28,063 nt of DNA from the NCBI GenBank assembly GCA_964390435.1, contig CAYMKD010000002.1, positions 1-28,063 on the forward strand, read 5' to 3'. Of the stretch, positions 15,149 to 24,361 are shown in pieces. Position 1 is the stretch's first letter, and every line of letters begins with the position of its first letter. Under the pieces are notes generated by a model that worked only from the letters and a program-made list of their open reading frames with translations, had not been told where the DNA came from and made no database searches. The stretch is from an uncultured Pseudobdellovibrionaceae bacterium (GTDB lineage Bacteria; Bdellovibrionota; Bdellovibrionia; Bdellovibrionales; Bdellovibrionaceae). A program made the position numbers and the translations under genes.

Positions 15149-16945
15149 TTACTTAGGTTTTAAGGGTTTGCAGTCTTTAAGAGTCTGCATAAGTTTTGAA
15201 ATAACAATTGGTTTAGATAAAAAACCATCCATGCCTATATTAAAACACTTATGAATATCACTTTTCATTACACTGGCTGTAAGTGCAACTATTTTGGGCC
15301 GTTCTTTTTTGTCATATGTATCGATAATTTTTTTTGTAGCTTCAAAGCCATCCATTTCAGGCATGTGGCAATCCATGAAAATCAAATCGTATTTTTGTTG
15401 CTCAAGCTTTAATAAAACCTCTTTGCCATTTGTAGCTAAATCAGCCTTATAGCCCATTTTATTTAATAAACCGAGCGCAACTATTTGATTAACCTGATTA
15501 TCTTCTGCAACTAAAACTTTTAAAGGATATTTTTGACTTAAGTTAAAATCAATTTCTGTGTTAGATGGTCTTGCTAAAGCTTCTATAGGGTCAATATCTT
15601 GTCCAACAAAAGTAAAATGAAAAGCTGACCCTTTATTAGGTGAACTTTCAAGCCAAATAGTTCCGCCCATTCTTTCGCAAAGACCTTTTGAGATCGCAAG
15701 TCCTAGGCCTGTCCCACCAAACTTTCTAGTTGTAGATGCATCTACCTGCGAGAAAGTAAGAAATAATTTATTTCTTACTTCAAGTGGAATGCCAATTCCT
15801 GTATCTTTAACTGAAATTTGAATCTCTTTTTTACCTTTATTTAACTTTTTAAATGTTGATGAAATTTCAACTGAGCCACTCTCAGTAAATTTGATGGCAT
15901 TGGCAATGAGATTATTAAGAATTTGACGAAAACGATTGACGTCTCCGACTATCCATAAGGCCGCCTCGCTGTCATGCTTGAAGTAGAAATTAAGGCCTTT
16001 TTCTGACGCTCTTGTTTTAAATAACTCTACGGCTTCATGTATAGATTTTTGAACATCAAATGGTTTATTTTCAAGTTCAATTTTATTAGCTTCTAATCTT
16101 GAAAAATCCAAAATATCATTAACAAGATTAAGTAAAGTATTTCCAGATGCTTTTACTATTTTTAAGTATTCAACTTGTTGAGGAGAGTTGTTTTCTGAAT
16201 TAAGTAAAATATCAACTACACCTATAACACCATTTAAAGGAGTTCTTATTTCATGACTCATGTTAGCTAAAAATTCAGATTTTGTTTGTAGAGCTGTTTC
16301 AATAACTTGATTTTGATCTGTAATAAGTTTTCTAGAGTTTAAAAGATTCCAAAAAATGCGAGATTGATTTCTGATTTGCTGAGACAAAAATACAAAATAA
16401 GATATAAAAATAATCGTAAATGCTGCTGATGTATTAAAAATTGAAATGAGATAAAATGTTGGTATTCCAAGTATTATTGCAATAAAAGCTTGAGCGCGAA
16501 ACTTATGTGTATTTAGTGAAGTGGCGGCGGATGCAGTAATTCCACTGGTTATTAAAAGAAGTATTGATGTAGTTACTGAGCCAAAGCCATAAAATTTTAG
16601 AGCTAACAAACAAAAATAACCCCAAATGAGTGCTGTGGTGATTAAAAATATATCAAACAAAAATAGCCACAGAACTCTTTGTTCAGGATAAAAAGAAAGT
16701 TGTTTTTTACTTAAGAAAAATCTAAAAATATTTACCAAAACAAGCAGGCCGCCAAGGAAAATAGTAGGGTAGGTATGATCTTTTAAAAATGGAGTTAGAA
16801 AAAAAACTACTAAAAATAAAGCAATGTTTCCAATGCATCCAGAGAGTAAACGACTGCCCAGCTCATATTCAGCTTCAATTTGCACTTGTCCAGCTTTTAA
16901 AGCGTAGATAGGACTAATAGAAAGTAAGTGGGAAATCTTAGTCAT
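15149..16945 (-). CDS. Hybrid sensor histidine kinase/receiver with about six N-terminal TM helices, 598 aa
   Basis: H box FLANMSHEIRTPLNG, N box QILNNLIANAIKFT, G boxes DTGIGI and GGTGLGLAI, C-terminal REC (VAEDN, FMDCHMPEMDG, ALTA, FLSKP). No HPt domain. Confidence 0.95.
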   Translation of the reverse strand: MTKISHLLSISPIYALKAGQVQIEAEYELGSRLLSGCIGNIALFLVVFFLTPFLKDHTYPTIFLGGLLVLVNIFRFFLSKKQLSFYPEQRVLWLFLFDIFLITTALIWGYFCLLALKFYGFGSVTTSILLLITSGITASAATSLNTHKFRAQAFIAIILGIPTFYLISIFNTSAAFTIIFISYFVFLSQQIRNQSRIFWNLLNSRKLITDQNQVIETALQTKSEFLANMSHEIRTPLNGVIGVVDILLNSENNSPQQVEYLKIVKASGNTLLNLVNDILDFSRLEANKIELENKPFDVQKSIHEAVELFKTRASEKGLNFYFKHDSEAALWIVGDVNRFRQILNNLIANAIKFTESGSVEISSTFKKLNKGKKEIQISVKDTGIGIPLEVRNKLFLTFSQVDASTTRKFGGTGLGLAISKGLCERMGGTIWLESSPNKGSAFHFTFVGQDIDPIEALARPSNTEIDFNLSQKYPLKVLVAEDNQVNQIVALGLLNKMGYKADLATNGKEVLLKLEQQKYDLIFMDCHMPEMDGFEATKKIIDTYDKKERPKIVALTASVMKSDIHKCFNIGMDGFLSKPIVISKLMQTLKDCKPLKPK

Positions 16946-17195
16946 TGCCTAGACGGCTCCATATAAAAATATTAGCGCTTAGTCAGGTTAGCATGTGTAT
17001 GGAATCTAATCTGCAAAGTAAAAAAAATTAAATAAAGACTTAAAGCATTATGACTTTTATCTGGCTCTTTCAGACTTGAAAAAGTACTATTTTATCATTT
17101 TTTAGCTTAGATTAGTCATTTACACTAAAATTTTTTGGTCTAGATAGCTATTTTGAGAGCTTGTTTTATGATTCAATTACAGAAAGGGGATTTAA

Positions 17196-17534
17196 ATGAA
17201 AATTTTATTGGTAATTGCATTAATCGGATTGGGACTTAGCAGTTATGCGGCGAGTACAAAAAGAAAGCCATCTTCTAGTAACTGCTTTATGCAAATAGAA
17301 AATGCTGAAAAAAGCCCATTAGATGATAAGTTCTACGATTTAGCTGATTCTGCAATTGAAGTATGTAAGAAAGAAATGAGCAATCAAAATTTGGCGAGAA
17401 AAATGGCTGCATCTGCCATTTTAGGTATATGTGAAACAGGTACTTATGGACAAGCTGGAGCAGGCGGCGACTACAACATAAAAAGTTGTAAACTTAAGGC
17501 ATATAGTATTGCCCTGCTAATCTCAGATAAGTAA
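17196..17534 (+). CDS. Secreted hypothetical protein with four cysteines, 112 aa
   Basis: SD AAGGGA, signal peptide MKILLVIALIGLGLSSYA, basic KRKPSS linker, 4 Cys in a helical-looking mature region. Confidence 0.8.
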   Translation: MKILLVIALIGLGLSSYAASTKRKPSSSNCFMQIENAEKSPLDDKFYDLADSAIEVCKKEMSNQNLARKMAASAILGICETGTYGQAGAGGDYNIKSCKLKAYSIALLISDK

Positions 17535-17549
17535 TTTAGACAAAATCAA

Positions 17550-18653
17550 TTACTTAAATTTTAATGGCAGAAGAATAACAAAGCGAGTATTTGCGCATTG
17601 TTTATCAATATAAAGAGAGCCTTTATGGGCTTCAATGATACTTTTAGAAATACTGAGCCCTAAGCCAGTTCCTTTGCCAGGCTCTTTGGTTGTAAAAAAT
17701 GGGGTAAATATTTTCTCTGCATTTTCTTTTGAAATTCCTAGACCAGAATCTGTAATAGAAATTTCAATTTTATCATTTACAATGTGGATCTCAAGTTTGA
17801 TCCATTTTTTTTCAACAGAGTTCAAGATTGCATCGTGAGCATTATTAAGAAGATTTAATAATACTTGGCTAATCTCTGTTGATCTACAATCAATTACAGC
17901 ATCACGGCATGTATTTAAAACAGATAATTCAATATCATGATTGGCAATTCGCTCTCTAGAAAAAGCCATTGTATCTTCAATAATGTCTGCTGCTTTTGTG
18001 GCTACAAAGGCATCGTTCTTACCGTCGCGAGAAAAGGCTCTAAGGCCAGAGATAATTTTGCCAATTTTTTTTGATGTTTCTTCAATTATGGTAATATTTT
18101 TTTTAATAATTTCTAAGTCTGGGCTTTGATCATTTAGAATATCTTCACATGTTCCGGCTAGCATGCTAATAGCTGCTAAAGGTGTGTTTATTTCATGTGC
18201 AATACCGCCAGCCATTTCACCAAGAGTAGCCATTTTTGCTGAATACAAAGAGCGCTCTCTTTCAATTTTAATCTTTTCCTCATTCTCTATACGATCAGTT
18301 ATATCCCGAGAAATGCCCACAGTCATAATTACATTACCGCTGTTGTCAAAGATAGGTGATTTGACTGTATGAAATATTCTAATTTCGCCATCATAGCGAG
18401 TCGCTGGCTCTTCTGGTATATCTAAGATTTCACCATTTTCAAATACATAGGTGTCATCTCTTACAAAGTTTTGTGTTTGATCTGGCTCAACAAATGGAGC
18501 ATCAATTAATCCTTTAAGTTGTTCAGCACTCATTCCATAATATTCACAGAATTTTTTATTGGCCCAAAGGATTTTTGATTTTGGCCCTTTAACAAGAACC
18601 ATGTCGCCAAGAGCATCTAGTATTTGTAAGAAGTTTTCTTTATTCTTCATCAT
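17550..18653 (-). CDS. Cytoplasmic PAS-domain sensor histidine kinase (NtrB-like), 367 aa
   Basis: PAS/PAC (ILWANKKFCEYYG...K.PIFD..GNV...VGISRDIT), H box LGEMAGGIAHEINTPL, N box QVLLNLLNNA, DSG.GI, PFFTTK..GKGTGLGLSIS. No TM segment. Confidence 0.95.
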   Translation of the reverse strand: MMKNKENFLQILDALGDMVLVKGPKSKILWANKKFCEYYGMSAEQLKGLIDAPFVEPDQTQNFVRDDTYVFENGEILDIPEEPATRYDGEIRIFHTVKSPIFDNSGNVIMTVGISRDITDRIENEEKIKIERERSLYSAKMATLGEMAGGIAHEINTPLAAISMLAGTCEDILNDQSPDLEIIKKNITIIEETSKKIGKIISGLRAFSRDGKNDAFVATKAADIIEDTMAFSRERIANHDIELSVLNTCRDAVIDCRSTEISQVLLNLLNNAHDAILNSVEKKWIKLEIHIVNDKIEISITDSGLGISKENAEKIFTPFFTTKEPGKGTGLGLSISKSIIEAHKGSLYIDKQCANTRFVILLPLKFK

Positions 18654-18821
18654 ATTTTGTCATGATACACATTTATAATTGGGGTGTTATCTTAAAAAGA
18701 CTTAACTATTTTTTTAGCTTAAAATCTTATATGTGGGATGACAAAAGTCTGGTCAAGGTAAAATTAAATTTAGTGGTTTTACGAAATAATTTATGTCTTA
18801 AGAAAGTAAACATAATTGACC

Positions 18822-18847
18822 CAGAGCTCTTAGATAAAAGAGCTCTG
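18822..18847 (-). terminator. Stem-loop downstream of DoxX gene (terminator-like, no U-tract)
   Basis: CAGAGCTCTT / AAGAGCTCTG 10-bp perfect stem, 6-nt loop, 23 nt after the stop. Confidence 0.5.
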
Positions 18848-18870
18848 TTCAGGATGTGTAGTGTATTCGA

Positions 18871-19287
18871 TTAGGAATTCTTTTTCATCAAGGCTTCTTT
18901 CATAGGACAGCGAAAAATCTGCTTTACTATGTCGCTATATGGTTTTGCAAAAAAAGCTAAGTAAACTTCAAGCAAACCAATAACTATAGCAATAGGCAAA
19001 CCATCAGGCGCTACGAATGCATGAAGAAGAAAGATATTTAATATTATAGGTGCCAGAACAATAAGTGCTAAGGGCACAAAGGCTCCAATTAATAAAAGTA
19101 GTCCACAAAGAACCTCTGTTCCTTTAAGAAGAGGGAAAAAATAACCCATAGCCATAAAACCATTCATGATCGTTGTCATATTTTCAGGCATTTCTGGTGT
19201 TGGAATAAAATTTAAAAATCCATTAAGACCAAACACAAAAAATATTAGACCTAGTAGCATCCTTGCAATTAGTGGAAGCTTTTTCAT
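18871..19287 (-). CDS. DoxX family membrane protein, 138 aa
   Basis: ARMLLGLIFFVFGLNGF...GYFFPLLKGTEVLCGLLLL.G.FVPLAL.VLAPI..NI...H; four TM helices; SD AAGGAG. Confidence 0.9.
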   Translation of the reverse strand: MKKLPLIARMLLGLIFFVFGLNGFLNFIPTPEMPENMTTIMNGFMAMGYFFPLLKGTEVLCGLLLLIGAFVPLALIVLAPIILNIFLLHAFVAPDGLPIAIVIGLLEVYLAFFAKPYSDIVKQIFRCPMKEALMKKNS

Positions 19288-19460
19288 TAGTTGTATCTCC
19301 TTGTTGTTAGCTTTATATAAAATTGTACTTAAATTTTACATAATCTCAAATAAAAATATGTGCTTAACAACATAATATCTACACCTATTGCTCAATCATG
19401 ATGCTTTATATAGGCGCATTGTTCATTAAAGAACAATAAACATATTCGGGAGGATCTACA

Positions 19461-20816
19461 GTGATACAAAGAAAGTATTCATTTTCAAACATTATTATTG
19501 GTGGTGGACTTTTACTGGCCTTAGCTGGATGTCAATCAGCACCTAAGGCAGAGTTAACAAGCAACACGCCAGAGGCAGCCATTCTAGAGGTCACTCAAGA
19601 AAAGAATAATGCTCAACAAGTTCAGGCGGATCTTTTAGCACATAAAGAGTATAAAAAGGGGGCAAGTCATCTCGCGGATGCAAGGGAAGAGCTCGACAAT
19701 GGTGAAAAGGTCGAGTCTATTTTAGAAAAAGCTTCCATTGCAAAGGCTTACTTTCAAAAATCAAGAGAGATTGCTGCATCAAAAAAAGATGTTTCTGAGC
19801 CAATTTTAAAAGCTCGAAAAGCAGTTACAACAGCTGGAGTTAGAAATAGTAAAAATTTAAGTGAAAATCTCGAAGATATTGATGAAACATTTAGAGATGA
19901 GACCGATAATTTTACTACAAGTTTAGATCTGGAAGAATTTTCAAAAATTCAAAAATCTTATTTAGATTTAGAAGTGGATGCTATTGAATATGCAGAGTTG
20001 AACGGCGTTCGAAGCATTATAGAAATGGCAAAATCAGAAGATGCAGAAGACCGAGCACCACAAACACTTTCTCAAGCTAAGTTAGATGAAAGGGCAGCTA
20101 CAAATTTAATAGCGCAGAATACTCATAGTCCAGAACTCTACGCAGCAAGCGTAGCTAAAGCAAATAAGTCTGCAAACCTACTTAATGCTGTAATGCAAAA
20201 AATAAAAACAATGGGTCCAGAAACAACTGAAAAAGTAGCTCTAAATTTAGTAGAGAATGATAGAAAGATTGGTCGTTTAAATGAAAACCTTGAGGCTGTT
20301 GAGGCAAATCTAGATCAGTCACAAGCAACTACAGAGAGTTTGATGGGAGCGGTTGCTGAACAAGGTGCAGAGTTGATGAGTGCTTCAGAGAAAGTAAGTT
20401 TTCAACAAGAAATGGAAAGAGCCAGAGCAAAACTTCCTCAAGATAAAGTGGACGCTTATCAACAAGGTGATAAACTTGTTATACGCTTAAAAAAGATTAA
20501 TTTCCCGGTCGGTTCAGACGCTATACCTTCAGATTCAATTAGTTTACTTGAAGATGTAAGAAGCGTGATTAAAAACCTTAACCCAGAAAAGGTTGTAGTA
20601 GAAGGACACACTGATTCCACCGGAAGTAATGGTATTAATCAAAAGCTATCAACAGAGAGAGCTAAAGCCGTAGCGAGCTACATTCAATCGACAGAAAAAG
20701 ATGTAGAGGTTGATTCGGTTGGTTATGGTGAGTTAAAACCCATAGCTACTAATGATACAAAACAAGGACGAGCTTCAAATCGTCGTGTTGATATTGTTAT
20801 TTCAGTAAAAAAATAA
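19461..20816 (+). CDS. OmpA-family peptidoglycan-binding lipoprotein with long helical N-terminal region, 451 aa
   Basis: SD GGGAGG then GTG; lipobox LALAGC; helical/coiled-coil middle; OmpA_C motifs INFPVGS, VEGHTDSTG...N.KLS..RA..V, GYGE.KP...N....GR..NRRVDI. Confidence 0.92.
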   Translation: MIQRKYSFSNIIIGGGLLLALAGCQSAPKAELTSNTPEAAILEVTQEKNNAQQVQADLLAHKEYKKGASHLADAREELDNGEKVESILEKASIAKAYFQKSREIAASKKDVSEPILKARKAVTTAGVRNSKNLSENLEDIDETFRDETDNFTTSLDLEEFSKIQKSYLDLEVDAIEYAELNGVRSIIEMAKSEDAEDRAPQTLSQAKLDERAATNLIAQNTHSPELYAASVAKANKSANLLNAVMQKIKTMGPETTEKVALNLVENDRKIGRLNENLEAVEANLDQSQATTESLMGAVAEQGAELMSASEKVSFQQEMERARAKLPQDKVDAYQQGDKLVIRLKKINFPVGSDAIPSDSISLLEDVRSVIKNLNPEKVVVEGHTDSTGSNGINQKLSTERAKAVASYIQSTEKDVEVDSVGYGELKPIATNDTKQGRASNRRVDIVISVKK

Positions 20817-20839
20817 TAAATGAATAACAATGCCCGTAA

Positions 20840-20907
20840 AGACCCAAGAGAGCGCAAAAATAGAAGTATAAAATAATACTTTCTCGCTTTTTTGGGTTTG
20901 TTTTTTT
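20840..20907 (+). terminator. Long-stem intrinsic terminator after the OmpA gene
   Basis: AGACCCAAGAGAGCG pairs with CGCTTTTTTGGGTTT (15 bp including 3 G-U pairs, which favour the + strand), with an inner AGAAGTAT/ATACTT stem, followed by GTTTTTTT. Confidence 0.65.
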
Positions 20908-20955
20908 ATCTTTATCTTTATCTTTTTTTGCATATATAAGGATAAGGATAAGGAT
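20905..20955. repeat. Inverted hexamer arrays (TTTATC)x3 ... (ATAAGG)x3
   Basis: TTTATC at 20905, 20911, 20917; ATAAGG at 20936, 20942, 20948. The arrays are near-complements of each other. Confidence 0.75.
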
Positions 20956-21073
20956 TTCATAAATATTTTCATGTTAAGGTATTTAAATAAAAAATATAAA
21001 ATAGGTTAAATACATTTCTTCTTATTTTAGCTAGTCTTTCCGAAATCAAAAATTTTCAAAAAGGAGAGCGAAC

Positions 21074-21712
21074 ATGAAACTTTCAATAAGCATTTTATTA
21101 ACGACATTTATATTGGCCTTGGCCGGTTTTACATCTAAAGCTGCTTTTTCGGACAAATCAGATGGGGAGTTTGTGACTTTGACGGGAAAAGTAACAAAAG
21201 TAGGACCTGATGCATTCAACTTAAAAGTAAATGGTAAAACAATCCTTGTTGAAATGGATGATTATGATTGGGATGCAGATGGATATAAACTAGTAGTAGG
21301 AGATAATGTCGTTGTCACCGGCAGAGTAGACCAAGATTTTTTAGAAAAAAAGAAGGTAGAAGCAGGTAGTGTTTATGTAAAAGGCTTGAACACATATTTT
21401 TATGCTAGTAGCGCTGATGAAGAAGGGGCTCCATATTTAACTACAGCATACAGCTATTTAAAAACCTTACCAGAAAATGCTTTAGTAGATATTCAAGGTA
21501 AGGTAACTGATGTTAGTGGCCGCGAGTTTACTATTGATACGGGATTTAGAAAAATTAAAGTTGATACTAAAAATTTACTTTATAATCCCTTAGATAATAG
21601 GGGCTACACTCAGATTGATAAAGGAGATCGAGTCAGAGTTTCTGGAAGAGTTGAAGATAGTTTTTTTGAAGGAAAAGAAATTAAGGCTGATTTTGTATCA
21701 GAGATTTTATAG
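21074..21712 (+). CDS. Periplasmic tandem OB-fold protein (YgiW/YdeI/BOF-like), 212 aa
   Basis: Signal peptide, then two related units: VTLTGKVTKVGPDAFNL......I.VE.DD...GDNVVVTGRVD and VDIQGKVTDVSGREFTI......I.VD....GDRVRVSGRVE. SD AAGGAG. Confidence 0.78.
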   Translation: MKLSISILLTTFILALAGFTSKAAFSDKSDGEFVTLTGKVTKVGPDAFNLKVNGKTILVEMDDYDWDADGYKLVVGDNVVVTGRVDQDFLEKKKVEAGSVYVKGLNTYFYASSADEEGAPYLTTAYSYLKTLPENALVDIQGKVTDVSGREFTIDTGFRKIKVDTKNLLYNPLDNRGYTQIDKGDRVRVSGRVEDSFFEGKEIKADFVSEIL

Positions 21713-21741
21713 TTCAAAATTTTCAATTAAATCAATAAAGA

Positions 21742-21769
21742 TTCAAGAGGTATACAGTTACCTCTTGAA
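21742..21769 (+). terminator. Stem-loop between the OB-fold gene and yihY-like gene
   Basis: TTCAAGAGGTA / TACCTCTTGAA 11-bp perfect stem, 6-nt loop, followed by CTATTTATT and then the next ATG 9 nt later. Confidence 0.6.
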
Positions 21770-21778
21770 CTATTTATT

Positions 21779-22600
21779 ATGAAAAATTTTCTCAAACTAT
21801 TTTGGCAGCACTTGGATGTAGATCGTGTTTTGGATGGGGCTGCTATCCTTTCATTTTATTTCTTGTTTTCTTTATTTCCAGGACTCTTGGTTCTTTTTTC
21901 TCTAATATCTTATATTCCACCTGAAATTATTAATGATAATTCAGTGACGTGGTGGCTTCAATATACTCCAAAGTCTATTGCTAACTTAATAAACGGTATA
22001 CTGTCAGAAATCGGAGGCAAAAAAAGTGCTGGATTTCTATCAATTGGTACATTTTTAGCTTTGTGGACAGCCGGGAGTGGTATGGCTGCAGTTTTAAGGC
22101 AGTTAAACCTGATCTACGAAATTAAAGAAACTAGGGGCTTTATGAAGATTCGCCTAGTAGCCACACTCTTAACTATGGGGCTTGGGGTCTTAACTTTGGG
22201 ACCCTATCTTCTATATTCGTTAGTTGAATCGTTTAGTTTCTTGCTTACATCTAACTTTAAAGATATTTCCGACTTGCTTTTTAATTTATTGCGCTTGAAA
22301 TACGTTTTTTTGGGTACCCTTATGTTTGTTACTTTTATGCTCATTTATTATTTTGGCTTATGTGAGAAGCGTAAAATTAAATTTTTAGTTCCTGGTGGCA
22401 TTTTTGGAGCCATTGTACTTATTTTATTATTAGCGGGCTTTGATGTTTACTTGAAAACCTATGGAAATTATCAGGCAACCTACGGAAGTATCAGTGCCGT
22501 GATCATATTGCTATTGTGGTTATATATTGCAGGTCTTGTATTACTTTTAGGAGCGGAGATAAATGCGCAGTTTGAGCGCTTTTGTACACAAGAATCATGA
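21779..22600 (+). CDS. YihY/virulence factor BrkB family inner-membrane protein, 273 aa
   Basis: AAILSFYFLFSLFP.L, LALWTAGSGMA.V...LN.IY, PGGIFGA, Y..YGSISAVIILLLWLYIAG.VLLLGAEINA. Confidence 0.93.
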   Translation: MKNFLKLFWQHLDVDRVLDGAAILSFYFLFSLFPGLLVLFSLISYIPPEIINDNSVTWWLQYTPKSIANLINGILSEIGGKKSAGFLSIGTFLALWTAGSGMAAVLRQLNLIYEIKETRGFMKIRLVATLLTMGLGVLTLGPYLLYSLVESFSFLLTSNFKDISDLLFNLLRLKYVFLGTLMFVTFMLIYYFGLCEKRKIKFLVPGGIFGAIVLILLLAGFDVYLKTYGNYQATYGSISAVIILLLWLYIAGLVLLLGAEINAQFERFCTQES

Positions 22601-24360
22601 AAGAAGAGGATATTAAATTTTCAATAAATTTTAAATCTTTCTTATTATTTGTGCTAACCTTATTTTTTAGCTATTTTGTTAGCGCTGCGGACTCTAAAAT
22701 ATGTAAGAATATTATCATCAAAGGCGGCCACATTTCTCTAAATAAAAATGAGAAGGTTTTAATCTGTGGTTCTGATGACGGACCAGAGGGTTGGCAAGAA
22801 ATTCCACTCTTACAAGCTGAAATTCAGCTTAAAGCAGTTTTGCAAAACGCAGGTTATCTTAATCCAAAAATTCAAGCACAATCAGGAGTTCTCAATGTTT
22901 GGTTGGGTCAACAAACTAAAATAACAAAGCTTGAAGTAACGGGAGCTCAGGGAGTTCTAGATCCTAGAAAAAAACGCAATGTTGTTGGTGAAGCACTAAC
23001 ACCAGATAAACTAGATGAAGTTAAAGCTTGGGCAAATTTGAAAACCAAAACCAATGGTTATGCTTGTCCAGATTTAAACGTAGAGGCTTTTGGATGGAAT
23101 GGGAATGTATTTGTAAAAGCAAACCTCGGAGAGAAAAACCAAATTGGTAAACTATCTATCTCTGGCTTAGATGGCCTTAGTCCACATGTACTAGATAGAT
23201 ACAAAGCTTTTGAAGAGGGTGATTTTTATAATATTGAAAAAACCAGTTTAACAACTGATCGAATGTTATCTAGTGGTCTTTTTCAAAGTGCCTTTATTGA
23301 AACCGATTGTAGTAAAAATGATGTGGCTCTTTTTTTAAAAACCTCTGTAGCTAAACCTAGAATAATTCGTTTTGGAATTGGAGCTTCAACAGAAGATTTA
23401 GTTTTTATGAATCTCTCTTTTAGAAACGCAAGACTAGATGATGAGGCCTCCTCGTTTACAGCAAATCTTCAAGTATCTCAACGACTCTTAAGTCTTGCCG
23501 TAGATTCTGAGTTATATTGGTTTCCAAATTGGCATAAAATATTTTTATCTCCTAGATTTGAGATAGCTAGAGAGAATGAACCATCTTATCAAAGTGATTC
23601 GAGTCGAACAGGTATGGATTTAGGTTATAGGTGGGATGTATGGAGTACGAGGTTATTAGGTAAAATCGGGCCTACATACAACACAGTAGAAACAACACGT
23701 GGGATTGGTCCAACTGCAGAATATCCGACACTGGATGCTTCACTTACAGCTAAAAGTCACACTTATGAATTTCTATATGCACAACAATATGCGGGCTGGG
23801 AAGGCCGATTTTCTTATCGAGGGCATAGTAAGGGATTAAGTTCAGAAGCCGATGTAAGTCGCTACGATACAAGATACAAATATTTATGGAATATTGGTCA
23901 ATATGCACCTCCTCTCTTTGTGCTTAGCACTCGTTTGCAAGGAACTTTTGTTGATGCTATTGAGCCTATAGATGAAGAGAGTACGGCTAAAATTCCAATA
24001 GCAGATCGTATTTTTGTCGGTGGCGATAACAACTTAAGAGGCTTTCCTAGGCAAAGCATCAGCAATGATGGAAAGGGATACCTTAGTTTTCTTTATTCAG
24101 GATTTGAATTACGATTGGTTGAAGAGCTTCCGTACAATCTGCAACCTTTTTTATTATTTGATATTGGTAAAGTGGGACTGCAAAGATATACCTTAGATGC
24201 CACAACTTTTACTTCAGAAGGAATAGGCCTAAGATGGCTTTCACCACTTGGGACAATCAGAGGTTCTTTGGCAAGAGGAAGAGTGCAAAATGAACAAGCT
24301 TTGGGTGCAACATTTCCTGAGAGATTGATGCTTTTTTTAAGTTTTGGGAAGGAGTTTTAG
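22597..24360 (+). CDS. tamA: TamA-like Omp85 outer-membrane protein, about 587 aa
   Basis: Signal peptide, degenerate POTRA-like region (..GDFYNIEK...T...MLSSGLFQSA), loop-6 motif FVGGDNNLRGF, GIGLRWLSPLGTIR.SLARG, terminal FLSFGKEF. Followed by a TamB-like gene. ATG 22597 forms an ATGA overlap with the YihY stop (track starts at TTG 22582). Confidence 0.82.
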   Translation: MKEEDIKFSINFKSFLLFVLTLFFSYFVSAADSKICKNIIIKGGHISLNKNEKVLICGSDDGPEGWQEIPLLQAEIQLKAVLQNAGYLNPKIQAQSGVLNVWLGQQTKITKLEVTGAQGVLDPRKKRNVVGEALTPDKLDEVKAWANLKTKTNGYACPDLNVEAFGWNGNVFVKANLGEKNQIGKLSISGLDGLSPHVLDRYKAFEEGDFYNIEKTSLTTDRMLSSGLFQSAFIETDCSKNDVALFLKTSVAKPRIIRFGIGASTEDLVFMNLSFRNARLDDEASSFTANLQVSQRLLSLAVDSELYWFPNWHKIFLSPRFEIARENEPSYQSDSSRTGMDLGYRWDVWSTRLLGKIGPTYNTVETTRGIGPTAEYPTLDASLTAKSHTYEFLYAQQYAGWEGRFSYRGHSKGLSSEADVSRYDTRYKYLWNIGQYAPPLFVLSTRLQGTFVDAIEPIDEESTAKIPIADRIFVGGDNNLRGFPRQSISNDGKGYLSFLYSGFELRLVEELPYNLQPFLLFDIGKVGLQRYTLDATTFTSEGIGLRWLSPLGTIRGSLARGRVQNEQALGATFPERLMLFLSFGKEF

Positions 24361-24361
24361 C

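Noticed and set aside
18662-18874. 70-aa plus-strand ORF between the PAS kinase and DoxX
   Set aside because: No SD or family signal; it runs through a terminator-like hairpin and the kinase's likely promoter region.
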